A DNA stretch of 64,000 nucleotides. It comes from Candidatus Micrarchaeia archaeon (GTDB lineage Archaea > Micrarchaeota > Micrarchaeia > Burarchaeales > JAVZCV01). The position numbers were made by a program, and so were the translations under genes. Shown one piece after another: positions 9,592 to 19,773 of this stretch. Under the pieces are notes generated by a model. That model saw only the letters and a list, made by a program, of their open reading frames with translations. It was not told the origin of the DNA and did no database searches. The stretch is taken from positions 6,664 through 70,663 of the forward strand of contig JAVZCV010000002.1 in assembly GCA_038874215.1 (NCBI GenBank). Reading direction: 5' to 3'. Numbering within the stretch: the stretch's first letter is position 1; each line of letters begins with the position of its first letter.

Positions 9592-10278
9592 ATGAGAAAA
9601 AAAATAGCATTCATGCTCGCTGTTTTTTTATTCATGTCCGTATCAGCGGCAGAAGTAAAACTATCAAATACTAGGATAGTCTGTTGCGATAGATGGACAT
9701 CTCTGGTGAACGTCAGCGAAGATGCCAAACCCCTGCGTGCGCGGGTTATGCTTGTTGCCCTATCCCCCACAGAAATCCGCCTCAATGCTACTTTCTTCAC
9801 AGACTCTAATGGCATCGCACAGGTTTCATATACCCCGTCTGCGCCAGGCGAGATTGTTTTAATAAAAGTTTACAAAAATGAGAGTCCTATCTATGAGGCC
9901 TTTATTGAGGTTTCTTCAAACCCAAACCAGACCCCCAAGACCATTTTAGGCATTCCATTAGAAATTTTTCCGTTTGACGTTATAGCGCTTATCTACAATC
10001 TTTCATTAATAACGATTGTCCTATCAGCATTCTTACTGGTTCTACTTTTTGTCCACGTATACTACAAGCGTCGGGGGATAGATTTGTTTGATATTTTTAG
10101 GCGAAAAATATCCCTGCTCCTATTCTGGATTAAAGGAAGATTGCTTCCAATCTACGCCACGTTTAAAAAACTCGGCAAAAAACAAGAACAAGACCTAAGC
10201 TCCATTAGAATGCGCAGGGCAGTTCTTTCAACTAAGCAAGAAAAGAAAATAGGTGGGAACACAGGCAAAAACCCCTAA
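9592..10278 (+). CDS. Hypothetical secreted/membrane-anchored protein
   Basis: An N-terminal signal peptide (MRKKIAFMLAVFLFMSVSAAEV) and a C-terminal TM helix plus basic tail are present. I recognise no motif. Confidence 0.4.
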   Translation: MRKKIAFMLAVFLFMSVSAAEVKLSNTRIVCCDRWTSLVNVSEDAKPLRARVMLVALSPTEIRLNATFFTDSNGIAQVSYTPSAPGEIVLIKVYKNESPIYEAFIEVSSNPNQTPKTILGIPLEIFPFDVIALIYNLSLITIVLSAFLLVLLFVHVYYKRRGIDLFDIFRRKISLLLFWIKGRLLPIYATFKKLGKKQEQDLSSIRMRRAVLSTKQEKKIGGNTGKNP

Positions 10279-10313
10279 GCAATATGCTTTAATATCATAT
10301 TCTATATTCTTTT

Positions 10314-11009
10314 ATGGCACTTCCGCTTTCATTTAAGATAGAAGTTGACGATTTGGACAAGCGCCTTGGAGGCGGAATACCAAAAGGTTCGCTTGTGCTG
10401 ATAGACGGCGAGCACGGGACTGGCAAGAGCGTTTTAGTCCAGAGGCTTGCATACGGATTTCTCCAAAATGGGTACTCCGTTACTTTTATCTCAACACAAC
10501 TCACAACCAAGGATTTCATAAGCCAGATGTATTCACTTGGCTATGATATTCTGAAATACCTCTCAAAAAACAAACTGCTCTTCATCTCTGTTTTTCCACT
10601 TTTGGGCGAGCACAAAAAAGAAGACGTCTTCTTTAAAAAGCTCGTAGAAACGCAGGAACTTTACAAAAACGACATCATTTTCATAGATACGCTCTCCTCA
10701 ATAATACGATACTCCTTGGATTTGGGAAAAATAGACGATTTAATCGGTTTCTTTAAAAGGCTGACGGGCATAGGTAAAACCATATTCGTAACGCTCGGAG
10801 AAGGAGACCTTGACTCCATGATAGTGGGCGAACTCGTATCAAGTGCTGACATCCACATAACCATGAAGGCGAAAACATTCGGCGAGGATATAAAGCACAT
10901 GCTCGTGATTAACAAGTATGCAGGAGCCCTTCAGCCATACAGCACAATGACTGGCTTCCGCATAGTCCCGAAAATAGGTTTCGTAATAGAAATCGCAACA
11001 GTTGCTTAA
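10314..11009 (+). CDS. flaH: Archaellum protein FlaH (KaiC/RecA-like ATPase)
   Basis: Walker A is GEHGTGKS. The fold is a single KaiC-like domain of about 230 aa, which is typical of FlaH. It lies next to other fla genes. Confidence 0.8.
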   Translation: MALPLSFKIEVDDLDKRLGGGIPKGSLVLIDGEHGTGKSVLVQRLAYGFLQNGYSVTFISTQLTTKDFISQMYSLGYDILKYLSKNKLLFISVFPLLGEHKKEDVFFKKLVETQELYKNDIIFIDTLSSIIRYSLDLGKIDDLIGFFKRLTGIGKTIFVTLGEGDLDSMIVGELVSSADIHITMKAKTFGEDIKHMLVINKYAGALQPYSTMTGFRIVPKIGFVIEIATVA

Positions 11010-11133
11010 TCGCTGCAAAATCAGCGAAACATTTATAAATAGCCTAATAGAAATAAAAACTGCCACGTGTGGGAGCAAGGCGACGAATTATGGCAATAAG
11101 CATCCTACTCGTAGGTATATAGGAGGTGCAGCA

Positions 11134-11724
11134 ATGTCCGAGAAAAAAGGCCAAGGTGCTTTTGAATACCTTATGAGCTATGGTTGGGCTATCCTTATCG
11201 TGATCGTGCTCGGTATAGTGCTCTGGAACCTTGGTGTTTTCAACCCAAACACAACCCCAGAAGCAAGCGGCTTCACTATCCTCAGACCAGGAACATGGGA
11301 GTTCACAGGAGCAGCATCGCAAACGGGCTGGGCAGAAGCAGAAGGTGACACTTCGGTGACATATGTTGCAATCGCATTCCAGAATGTGGCAGGAATAGAC
11401 TTGATACTTAGAGTTAATGAAACCAATTCTTCTATACAATTCAAAAAACCAGGTTCTGGAATATGTCAATTTCATACAAATCCAGGTTCAGATATTTTTG
11501 TGAACGCTACGGATGAACAGGGGAATAGGCTTGTAATAACCGACAACTCAGTCGCTGTGCCTGCAGGCTCCACAGTAATACTACGAGGATGGCTTAAAAG
11601 CGATCAGGGGGGTTGTGGGGGATTAAGCAAAGGTCCTTATAGGTATTCGGTGATTACCGTTTCAACAGATGCATTTAACATCTCTCATACGGATACAGGC
11701 TTCATAACTGGGAGGTATACCTAA
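11134..11724 (+). CDS. Class-III-signal-peptide type IV pilin-like protein (probable start at the internal Met)
   Basis: The N-terminus is MSEKKG|QGAFEYLMSYGWAILIVIVLGIVLW, the canonical archaeal pilin motif (QxxxEY plus hydrophobic helix). A ggaggtg RBS lies 6 nt upstream. A Cys/Gly-rich C-domain follows. Confidence 0.6.
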   Translation: MSEKKGQGAFEYLMSYGWAILIVIVLGIVLWNLGVFNPNTTPEASGFTILRPGTWEFTGAASQTGWAEAEGDTSVTYVAIAFQNVAGIDLILRVNETNSSIQFKKPGSGICQFHTNPGSDIFVNATDEQGNRLVITDNSVAVPAGSTVILRGWLKSDQGGCGGLSKGPYRYSVITVSTDAFNISHTDTGFITGRYT

Positions 11725-11747
11725 TAAAATTTTAAGAGGTGCTACGC

Positions 11748-12347
11748 ATGAGATTTGATAAAAATACCAAACGTGGTGCGGTTGGTATCGGAACTCTGAT
11801 AATCTTCATAGCGATGGTCCTTGTGGCCGCAATCGCCGCAGCCGTTTTGATAAACGTTTCTGGCATACTGCAACAAAGGGCGATGACGACGGGCAAAGAG
11901 TCAATAGCGCAGGTTTCATCCAACCTGATAGTAACAGGCATAACGGGCTATACTGATGATAACAGAACAAACATAGAGAACATAAGTATCTATATAACTG
12001 CGGCATCTGGTGCGGGGAGGCTTGACCTACGTTATCTCATAATGAAAGTAGGCAACAACATTAACGAGACACCGCAACGCTACTCAAATGTCTCATCGGG
12101 TGATAGCAATTTCACTGCGCAAGTGCTCAGAGATCCTGCAAACTTATTCACACCGAATAACCCGGTGATAGACTCTACATCTTTAATAGAGCTTAAAATA
12201 ATACCAAGCAACGATACAACTTTTGTTTCCTTGCCCCCACGGTCTCCGTTTCACATAGAGCTTATCCCAGAAAGGGGCGCACCACTCGTGATAGATACGA
12301 TGACACCAAGCACTTATGCAACCAACATTCAACACCTCTACCCATAG
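11748..12347 (+). CDS. flaB: Archaellin FlaB paralog 3
   Basis: The N-terminus is M.FDKNTKRG|[35 protein letters not shown] gaggtg RBS precedes it. The 5' ~150 nt are nearly identical to flaB2. It has the conserved C-terminal block. Confidence 0.9.
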   Translation: MRFDKNTKRGAVGIGTLIIFIAMVLVAAIAAAVLINVSGILQQRAMTTGKESIAQVSSNLIVTGITGYTDDNRTNIENISIYITAASGAGRLDLRYLIMKVGNNINETPQRYSNVSSGDSNFTAQVLRDPANLFTPNNPVIDSTSLIELKIIPSNDTTFVSLPPRSPFHIELIPERGAPLVIDTMTPSTYATNIQHLYP

Positions 12348-12737
12348 CCCCCTCTCCCCTTTCTTTTCATTTCTACCACAATAGAAAGAATAACTGATAA
12401 TAGGTAAATTAGGAAAAAAGCAGACAAAGCTAACTTTATACTGGTTTTAAAGTAAAAAAACGATTCTGGTGCCAATCCTCTCAACAAGTTTCCGAAAAAC
12501 CAACCCCATGTCTTACACAAAGAAAAAATAGCGGATCAAAAAACCAAGGAAGATTACCCGAAAATCTAAATCCCAAGACGAGCCAGACTATCGCTATCAA
12601 AAATTCAAAACAATACCCCGAAATCCCATACTGTGATATTATTGGCGAACCCTCTGCATAGGGTCCTATAGTCAAATAATTCACAAGTGAGCTAACCATG
12701 TCTGCAAAAACGAGCAGAAAAGCGAGAAAAAACAATC

Positions 12738-13571
12738 TCATTTCCCGCCTCCCCTATATATCTTTTGCATTTTAATAGCATCCTGCTCAAGTAAGGGAGT
12801 TTCGCAGATTATTGTGCCTTCAAGATTGTTCTTGGATAAAAATCCTGCAAGTTCTTTGAAAGGCGGCTCGTTGTTCGTTCCGAGTTCAAGATGCCTGATT
12901 TCACCTCCTTTTCCATATTCTATCTCGCTGAAATGCGAATGAAACCGTTTAACTTTCAGCCTACTCCATTTTTCAAATATCTTTGCGTAGTCTTTCTCGC
13001 TTTTTATCCACCCGCCTTCTCGCGCATGCATGTGCGCAAAGTCTATTACAGGAACGACCTCCTTAATCGTTCTTGAAAGTGAAATTATCTCATCCAGGCT
13101 TCCATACTGCGAGTTTTTTCCAGTCGTCTCAGCGCCAAGAGTTACGTCATCTATCCCTGCGTCCTTCATTTTTGCCAAAAGTTTATCGAGTGTCTGGATA
13201 GTTATCTCTTCACAGACTTTCGGCTCCCTGCCCATGTAATAGCCCGGATGGAACACAATAACCCACGCACCCATTGCATGCGCAGCGCGTGCTGTTTCAA
13301 ACAAATTCCTTATAGTCATTGCAATCTTCCTTTCTTCCTTTGCGCAACAATTTATCCAGTAGGGCGCATGACAGCTTAGAATTATTCCGTGCTTTTTTGC
13401 TATCTCCCCAACCTCTTTTGCAGCGCTCTCGCCCATCTTCACTCCTCTTACGAACTCAACCTCAAAAGCGTCCAATCCGATTTTTGAAACATACTCTATT
13501 CCATCAAGCGTGCTGCAACTATGGCATGCGATCGGTATCCCGGCAGGACCAAATCTAACAACGGAAACCAT
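12738..13571 (-). CDS. nfo: Endonuclease IV (AP endonuclease, xylose-isomerase-like TIM barrel)
   Basis: ...ILSCHAPYWINCCAKE... matches the Endo IV HAPYLINL motif, and ...IDFAHMHAREG... is also present. Length is 277 aa. Confidence 0.7.
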   Translation of the reverse strand: MVSVVRFGPAGIPIACHSCSTLDGIEYVSKIGLDAFEVEFVRGVKMGESAAKEVGEIAKKHGIILSCHAPYWINCCAKEERKIAMTIRNLFETARAAHAMGAWVIVFHPGYYMGREPKVCEEITIQTLDKLLAKMKDAGIDDVTLGAETTGKNSQYGSLDEIISLSRTIKEVVPVIDFAHMHAREGGWIKSEKDYAKIFEKWSRLKVKRFHSHFSEIEYGKGGEIRHLELGTNNEPPFKELAGFLSKNNLEGTIICETPLLEQDAIKMQKIYRGGGK

Positions 13572-13623
13572 GCTTGGCTAAACTGTTTTTGCATTTTTAA
13601 GTTTTTTCATCCATTCTATACTC

Positions 13624-14559
13624 ATGGAAAAGTATGAAATATACGACAGGGACATCAGCACATACCACAGGAAGATTATGGAAAATGCCATACGTGCATT
13701 AAAAGACGATATTGGCGATGGAGACATAACGTCAGATGCTGTTGTCCAGGATTGCGACATAACTGGAGAAATAAAAGCAAGAAAGCCCGCTGTTGTTTGT
13801 GGGTTGCTGGAAGGCAGAACAATTTTTGAGGCTAACGGCTTAGTAGTAAGGGTATTTGTTGACGAGGGGGAGTATGTTGGAGAGGGAACAACCATCATGC
13901 GAGTTACGGGAAATGCAAAAAAGATGTTCTCTTGCATAAGGCTTGTTGTTGATTACCTTCATCTTCTTAGCGGAATAGCAACAACAACAAGAGAGCTTGA
14001 AGAAAAATATCCTGGCAGAATAGCCGCAACGAGAAAATCACACCCAGGCCTATTGCTAAGTGAAAAACGTGCAGTAAGCATAGGAGGGGGCTTTACGCAC
14101 CGCGTTTCATTGTCTGACGGCTATCTTATCAAAGACCACCACATAGATGCGGTAGGAGCGGAGCTTTTTGGGCAAGGAAAATTCGTTGAAGAGCGCCGCG
14201 TTGCCGCAACCCAAGAAGCAATCAGAAGGGCAGAAGAACACAGAAAGAAAAAAGGATTATCCTGCCCCATAATTGTTGAGGTTATAAGTTTAGAACAAGC
14301 AGTTGCAGCCGCAAAAATTTTCACAGAAAGAGGAGTTCCCGACGCCATCCTAATAGACAACAAGACACCAGAAGAGGTAAAAAAGATAGTCCAAGAGGTT
14401 AGGCCCATAAGCAAAGATATAAAGATAGAGGCTTCTGGCGGGATAACCCCATACAACATTGAGGAATACCTCAATGCGGGTGTTGATGTTGTCTCAATGA
14501 GCTATCTAATACTCGGGGCGACGGACATTGATTTTTATTTTTCAATAGTTGGGGAGTAA
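13624..14559 (+). CDS. nadC: Nicotinate-nucleotide (quinolinate) phosphoribosyltransferase, NadC/ModD family
   Basis: Motifs include ...DITSDAV..., ...ATRKSHPGLLLSEKRAVSIGGGFTHRVSLSDGYLIKDHH..., ...IEVEVISLEQ... and ...IEASGGIT.... Confidence 0.8.
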   Translation: MEKYEIYDRDISTYHRKIMENAIRALKDDIGDGDITSDAVVQDCDITGEIKARKPAVVCGLLEGRTIFEANGLVVRVFVDEGEYVGEGTTIMRVTGNAKKMFSCIRLVVDYLHLLSGIATTTRELEEKYPGRIAATRKSHPGLLLSEKRAVSIGGGFTHRVSLSDGYLIKDHHIDAVGAELFGQGKFVEERRVAATQEAIRRAEEHRKKKGLSCPIIVEVISLEQAVAAAKIFTERGVPDAILIDNKTPEEVKKIVQEVRPISKDIKIEASGGITPYNIEEYLNAGVDVVSMSYLILGATDIDFYFSIVGE

Positions 14560-15435
14560 ATGCAGGTTTTTTATTCAGAAAAATTCCTGAATCACAAAAC
14601 GAATACTCCCGATACGCCCGAACGTTTGAAAGCAATAGTAAAAAAAATATCCAACCGATCGGATTTCGTTTTTGTTGAGCCAACCCAAACCGATGAAGAC
14701 ATGCTTCTCCTTGTTCATGAGAAACCATATCTAGAAAAACTGAAAGAACTCTGTAATATCGGCGCCGATTTTGGCGACAATCAATTCTATGGTGACACGT
14801 TTGAAATAGCGATGCTTGCCTGCAGTGCTTCATGCCAAGCTGCTTTAAACGATGGTTTTGCACTTGTCAGACCACCAGGGCATCATGCAGGAAAGGATTT
14901 CTTTGGTGGCTTCTGCTTTCTAAATAACATTGCCGTTGCCGTTCGTGCAAGGCAAAGAGACATAGGCGGCAAATCCCTAATAGTTGATATAGACCACCAT
15001 CACGGAAACGGAACGCAGAGCATCTTCTACGATGACGATACCGTTTTCTACATATCGCTTCATCAGGACCCACGCGTATCCTACCCTGGCACGGGCTTTG
15101 AGAGCGAAAACAATGAAACTACATTAAACATTCCGCTTCCGCCAAACACGAGCGATGAGGAATACCTTGAAAAACTCCGCTTTGCGCTTTCAATCGCAGA
15201 GCAAAACTTCTCTTTTGATTTCGTCGCAGTAAACGCAGGCTTTGATACATACTATCTTGATCCTGTAGGAGGTCTTGGCATACGAAACGTCCCAACATAC
15301 GAAAAAATTGGAGAGATGATAGCAGAACTCGGGAAACCAACCTTTGCAGTTTTAGAAGGCGGATATTTTGAAAAAATGCTCGGGGATATGGCTCTTTCTT
15401 TCCTTAATGGTTTGCAAAAACGAAATCAAAAATAA
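14560..15435 (+). CDS. Histone deacetylase-family enzyme (HDAC/AcuC/acetylpolyamine amidohydrolase)
   Basis: Motifs are RPPGHHA, GFCFLNNIAVA and DIDHHHGNGTQ. Its start is contiguous with the nadC stop. Confidence 0.85.
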   Translation: MQVFYSEKFLNHKTNTPDTPERLKAIVKKISNRSDFVFVEPTQTDEDMLLLVHEKPYLEKLKELCNIGADFGDNQFYGDTFEIAMLACSASCQAALNDGFALVRPPGHHAGKDFFGGFCFLNNIAVAVRARQRDIGGKSLIVDIDHHHGNGTQSIFYDDDTVFYISLHQDPRVSYPGTGFESENNETTLNIPLPPNTSDEEYLEKLRFALSIAEQNFSFDFVAVNAGFDTYYLDPVGGLGIRNVPTYEKIGEMIAELGKPTFAVLEGGYFEKMLGDMALSFLNGLQKRNQK

Positions 15436-15456
15436 AAAAGAGTAAAGGGAGGGGCG

Positions 15457-17127
15457 TTAGTATTCGCCACCCGTTTCTTCCCCGCCAGGTCCTCCTCCCT
15501 TCGGCATCTCTGGCTTCTTGCCCTTTGAGCTTATGACGTCATCTATTCTCAACAGCATCTCTGCCGCTTCGCTTGCGCTCGCTATCGCCTGCTTTTTGAC
15601 TTTGAGAGGCTCTATTACTCCGAGTTTTGTCATATCTGCAACCTTTCCCTCAAACACATCAACACCTGCAGTTTTCTCTCCCTTCTGGTGTTTTGCCCTG
15701 AGCAAAACTATTGTGTCTATCGGGTCCATGCCTGCACTCTCTGCAAGCGTTCTTGGCACGCTCTCAAGCGCATCCGCAAACGCCTGCACGGCAAGTTGCT
15801 CTCTTCCCCCAATATCGTTTGCGAAGTTCCTTAGTTCAAGCGCAAGCTCAACCTCCGTGCTGCCACCACCAGTCACGTAGTATCCCTCTTCTATTGCAGA
15901 GGCAACTGCCCCCACACCGTCTTTGACAGCCCTTTCTGCCTCATTGACAACATGCTCTGTTCCAGCCCTAACGAATATCGTAACGCTCTTCGGGTCTTTG
16001 CAGTTCTCAACAAAAACCATCTCTTCGCCAGCAATCTTCCTCTCCTCAACAAGACCCGCAAACCCGAGGTCCTTCTCACTTAGGTCGTCAAGGCTCGTTG
16101 CTATCTTTGCACCAGTCGCCCTTGCAAGCTTCTCCATGTCGCTCTTCTTCACGCGCCTTACCGCAACGATTCCCTTCTTGGCCAAGTAGTGTTGTGCGAT
16201 GTCGTCAATACCTTTCTGGCAGAATACGACATTTGCACCGCTTGCCTCTATCTTGTCTACCATGTTCTTGAGCATTTTCTCCTCTTGGTCCAAGAATGCC
16301 TGCAGTTGGTCGGGTGAAGTTATCTCTATCTTTGCGTCAGTCTCTGTTTTTTCTATTTCAAGCGCAGAGTCTATGAGCGCTATCTTTGCGTTCTTTACGC
16401 TCTTCGGCATCCCTGGGTGCACTATCTCTTTGTCTATTAAAACACCGTTTATAAGCTGCGTATCCTCTACATTCCCCCCTTCTTTCTTCTCTATTTTTAC
16501 AAATTCCTGGTCAATCTTCCATTTTCCATCGCTTTTCTCCGCAACCTGCGTTACTGCGCTAACAACAAGCTTCGCAAGGTGCTCCTTCGCCCTTCCGACA
16601 CCGACAGTCTTTGACCCCATAGATACCTCTGCTATCTTCTGGAGTGTTTTGGTGTCCTCTATGCTAACCTTGTTCGCTATTTTGAGCAATATTTCATGCG
16701 ATTTTTTTGCAGCTTTCTTATACCCGTTTATTATTGTGCTTGCATGCACGTCTTGATCAAGCAAATCCCCAGCACGCTTGAGAAGCTCGCCAGCAAGCAT
16801 CGCCGCCGTCGTAGTTCCATCGCCTACCTCCTTGTCCTGCGTTTTTGCTATCTCCACCATTATTTTCGCTGCGGGGTGCTCAACGTTCATCTCCTCAAGT
16901 ATCGTCGCTCCATCGTTTGTTATCACTATGTCGCCGAGTTCGCTCACAAGCATTTTGTCCATGCCCTTCGGGCCAAGCGTTGTCCTTATTGCGTTTGCAA
17001 CAGCCCACGCTACACCTATATTCGTTCTTTGCGCATCACGACCTATCAATCTGCCCGTTCCTTCGGGCAAAATCAGGATTGGTTGCGCGCCCATGCTCTC
17101 CTGTGGCATTTTCTCACCTCCAAACAA
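15457..17127 (-). CDS. ths: Thermosome subunit (group II chaperonin)
   Basis: Hallmarks include ...[26 protein letters not shown]..., ...GDGTTTA... and a GGM-like C-terminal tail. It is 556 aa. The true start may be one of the internal Mets ([12 protein letters not shown]). Confidence 0.95.
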   Translation of the reverse strand: MFGGEKMPQESMGAQPILILPEGTGRLIGRDAQRTNIGVAWAVANAIRTTLGPKGMDKMLVSELGDIVITNDGATILEEMNVEHPAAKIMVEIAKTQDKEVGDGTTTAAMLAGELLKRAGDLLDQDVHASTIINGYKKAAKKSHEILLKIANKVSIEDTKTLQKIAEVSMGSKTVGVGRAKEHLAKLVVSAVTQVAEKSDGKWKIDQEFVKIEKKEGGNVEDTQLINGVLIDKEIVHPGMPKSVKNAKIALIDSALEIEKTETDAKIEITSPDQLQAFLDQEEKMLKNMVDKIEASGANVVFCQKGIDDIAQHYLAKKGIVAVRRVKKSDMEKLARATGAKIATSLDDLSEKDLGFAGLVEERKIAGEEMVFVENCKDPKSVTIFVRAGTEHVVNEAERAVKDGVGAVASAIEEGYYVTGGGSTEVELALELRNFANDIGGREQLAVQAFADALESVPRTLAESAGMDPIDTIVLLRAKHQKGEKTAGVDVFEGKVADMTKLGVIEPLKVKKQAIASASEAAEMLLRIDDVISSKGKKPEMPKGGGPGGEETGGEY

Positions 17128-17190
17128 AACTCATTATTTGCATTTTTAATGGATATGAATGCATACAAAAATTTATATATCTTTCCCACT

Positions 17191-18192
17191 TCAGAATTCT
17201 CTCATAACGAGGAAATCGGCAAGTTCCAAAAGCATCCTTTTGGTTCTGCTGTCGGGTAGCTGCTCTATGCACATCTTCGCCTCACCGCTTATTTTTCTGC
17301 ATTTCCTCTTTGCGTAATCAACAGCTCCACAGTTTCTAAGTATATCTATCACTTCTTGTATCTCCTCATCGCTACTCGCCTCTTTTCCAAGCACCACTAG
17401 AAGCTTCTCCCTATCCTTCTGTTCGCAATTCCTTAAAGCATAAATCGTGCTTAATGTCCTCTTGCCTTCCCGGATATCGCCTCCTATCTCCTTCTTGTAT
17501 AAATCCTCCTCACCTATTAGGTTCAGCACATCGTCCCGTATCTGGAATGCTATTCCTAGCTTCTTTCCAAACTCCTCCAGCCTTTTTATTTCCTCCTCGC
17601 TGCCCCCACCCAAATATGCGCCGACAGAGCAAGCCGCGCCTAACAGGGCTCCTGTCTTGCCCTCAACCATACTGAAGTAGTTCTCTTCCGTTATATCCCA
17701 TGTTTTATTTTTGTGCCATTCCAACTCAATTCCTTGTCCATCAAGAACTAGGCTGAATGCATTGCATAACCTCTTCTCCGTTTCTATTATCTTTTCAGGT
17801 TCAAACTTAAGGTTAAAGAGAGACTGAAAAACCCACATGAAAAGGCCGTCGCCCGCGTTTATTGCAAGCGGAACCCCATATATGTGATGAAGACACGGCT
17901 TTCCTCTCCTCATCTTTGAGTCATCCTCTATATCATCGTGTATCAGAGTGAAATTGTGGAATAGTTCAATCGAAACAGCAGCAGGCAAAACGGAGTCTGG
18001 ATCACCGCCAACCGCCTCGCATGAGAGCATGCACAGCGCTGGCCTGAATCTTTTACCCCCCCTATCAAGCAAATCCCATATTATTTTGTAAACTGCTTGG
18101 GGCTCCTTATTCCTTGGCATTATCCTCTCAATTTCTGCTTCAACTTTCGGTTTAATGGCTTCTATATACTCCATAACTCCTTCGTGTGCCAT
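17191..18192 (-). CDS. idsA: Geranylgeranyl diphosphate synthase (trans-polyprenyl synthetase)
   Basis: The first Asp-rich motif is LIHDDIEDDSKMRRG and the second is FQIRDDVLN. Confidence 0.85.
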   Translation of the reverse strand: MAHEGVMEYIEAIKPKVEAEIERIMPRNKEPQAVYKIIWDLLDRGGKRFRPALCMLSCEAVGGDPDSVLPAAVSIELFHNFTLIHDDIEDDSKMRRGKPCLHHIYGVPLAINAGDGLFMWVFQSLFNLKFEPEKIIETEKRLCNAFSLVLDGQGIELEWHKNKTWDITEENYFSMVEGKTGALLGAACSVGAYLGGGSEEEIKRLEEFGKKLGIAFQIRDDVLNLIGEEDLYKKEIGGDIREGKRTLSTIYALRNCEQKDREKLLVVLGKEASSDEEIQEVIDILRNCGAVDYAKRKCRKISGEAKMCIEQLPDSRTKRMLLELADFLVMREF

Positions 18193-18196
18193 TCAA

Positions 18197-19732
18197 TCAC
18201 TCCAAAAGTGCTCTCTTGACCTCTTTTATCCCTATCGCTTCTATCAGCCTCCCCATACGGGGTCCCCTCTCCTTGCCAATCAGCGCCATGTAAAGCATCT
18301 TGAACAATTCGCTTGGTTCCATACCATTCTCTCTGGCAAATTTAAAAACACTATTGTGGATTTCAACCGCACTCATCCCCTCCTGCAAACTTCTAACGAA
18401 CTTTTTAACCTCCTCGCTTGGCTTCTGCGGGTTAAAAGAGAAAGAGTATTCTTCTGGTGCATATCCTTCCTTTATCCAGTTCTCTATGTATTTTTGCAGG
18501 TTCTTCGCCCCTTCCTTATCCCCAATGAGTTCTCCAACCTTCTCCCAATTTTTGTAGAGCTGATAGTAGAGGAGAAAATCTGTGAACTGCGCTGAAAACA
18601 ATTTGCTTTCGCAGGCAAGCTGGAAGGCAACAAGTTTTTTTCTATCTGCACGTGAAAGCCCACCATTATCTGAAAGGGAGCTCGCATACAAAAAATCGTT
18701 GTAAAGGTCTATGAGCTTGTATCCTGAGGGGTCAAAATCTATATTTTCTTCAAGGTCAGGCCTAAAGAGCGCATACTTTATAATTTCGGGAGGAACAAGG
18801 GAGAGCAATTCCCTGACGCCCATGCCTTCCCCTTTTGATTTTGAGTATTTTTTTCCTTTGAAGAGAATAAAACCAAATTTATACCCGATTGGCGGCTCTT
18901 TGCAAAATATGCGCTTATGAACTGCTTTTGCAGTATCCCAAGAGCCACCCCTCGTCATGTGGTCTACCCCGGCGCCTTCTATACTTGCATGAAGGAAATC
19001 CTGTCTTGATGGCCAGTCAAGCCGCCACGTCACCTTGTATTCATGCTCCTCTATCCTGCCCTCGCCAACATGGCCGCAGCCCTCGATCTCGCCTTTACCC
19101 ACGCACTCATACCTGTATGCCCCGCTTTTCCACTCCAAAACCCTTGTTGTTGCCATCTTCCCGCATTTTTCACAAATGGGCATCAGGGGGCTCCAATACT
19201 CCCCCGAATCCTTGCGAAGAGAAGTCTCAAAAACGAGCTTCCTCATTTCCTCCTGACTCTCCATAAACATTTTAGCATACCTATCATACATGCCCGCCGC
19301 ATACATCTCATTTGCCCTCATTATCTCAGGTGATACCCCAAACTCCTGCATTATCTCAACCGTTTCCATGAGAAAATGTTCGCCAAAAGAATTGTGGCAA
19401 CCAAGAGGGTCTAACACGTTGCATAAGGGCTTTCCAAGCTCGGGAATAAGACTACGCTCGTGCTCTTTCATCGCAACGGGAACCGAGTCAAACGCATCCA
19501 TTATATCAGCTATGAAAATAAACCGTGCTTCATGCTCTCTTGAAATGTACTTGTGTATCGCAGACGGAAAAAGAAATTCGCAAAGCGTTCCCAAATGGCA
19601 TGGGCCACTTGTTGTTATTCCCGAAAGAACAACGTAAGGCGGTTCCTTCTCCTTTACAACCCTCTCAGCCAGAACCTCTGCCCAGTGCCTGTTCTCCCTC
19701 TCCCCTATCTTTCCACTTCTCTCTCTTTCCAT
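18197..19732 (-). CDS. lysK: Lysyl-tRNA synthetase, class I (archaeal type)
   Basis: HIGH-like ...SGPCHLGT... and KMSKS-like ...KYSKSKG... are present, as is a Zn-finger-like Cys cluster (CEKCGK...CGH). It is 511 aa. Confidence 0.8.
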   Translation of the reverse strand: MERERSGKIGERENRHWAEVLAERVVKEKEPPYVVLSGITTSGPCHLGTLCEFLFPSAIHKYISREHEARFIFIADIMDAFDSVPVAMKEHERSLIPELGKPLCNVLDPLGCHNSFGEHFLMETVEIMQEFGVSPEIMRANEMYAAGMYDRYAKMFMESQEEMRKLVFETSLRKDSGEYWSPLMPICEKCGKMATTRVLEWKSGAYRYECVGKGEIEGCGHVGEGRIEEHEYKVTWRLDWPSRQDFLHASIEGAGVDHMTRGGSWDTAKAVHKRIFCKEPPIGYKFGFILFKGKKYSKSKGEGMGVRELLSLVPPEIIKYALFRPDLEENIDFDPSGYKLIDLYNDFLYASSLSDNGGLSRADRKKLVAFQLACESKLFSAQFTDFLLYYQLYKNWEKVGELIGDKEGAKNLQKYIENWIKEGYAPEEYSFSFNPQKPSEEVKKFVRSLQEGMSAVEIHNSVFKFARENGMEPSELFKMLYMALIGKERGPRMGRLIEAIGIKEVKRALLE

Positions 19733-19773
19733 ACCTTCCTATTGTCCGCGAAAGTTTATATTTGCGCCACAAA

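Noticed and set aside
12338-12741. Small - strand ORFs 12338..12520 and 12481..12741 between flaB3 and nfo
   Set aside because: They are short and hydrophobic/low-complexity with no motif. The second could be a real small membrane protein coupled to nfo (4-nt overlap), but the evidence is insufficient.
15518-17259. Several + strand ORFs (15518..15880, 15923..16189, 16199..16756, 16778..17149, 16696..17259) inside the thermosome gene
   Set aside because: They are antisense to an unambiguous chaperonin CDS. Their Ser/Ala-rich low-complexity products are typical of shadow ORFs.
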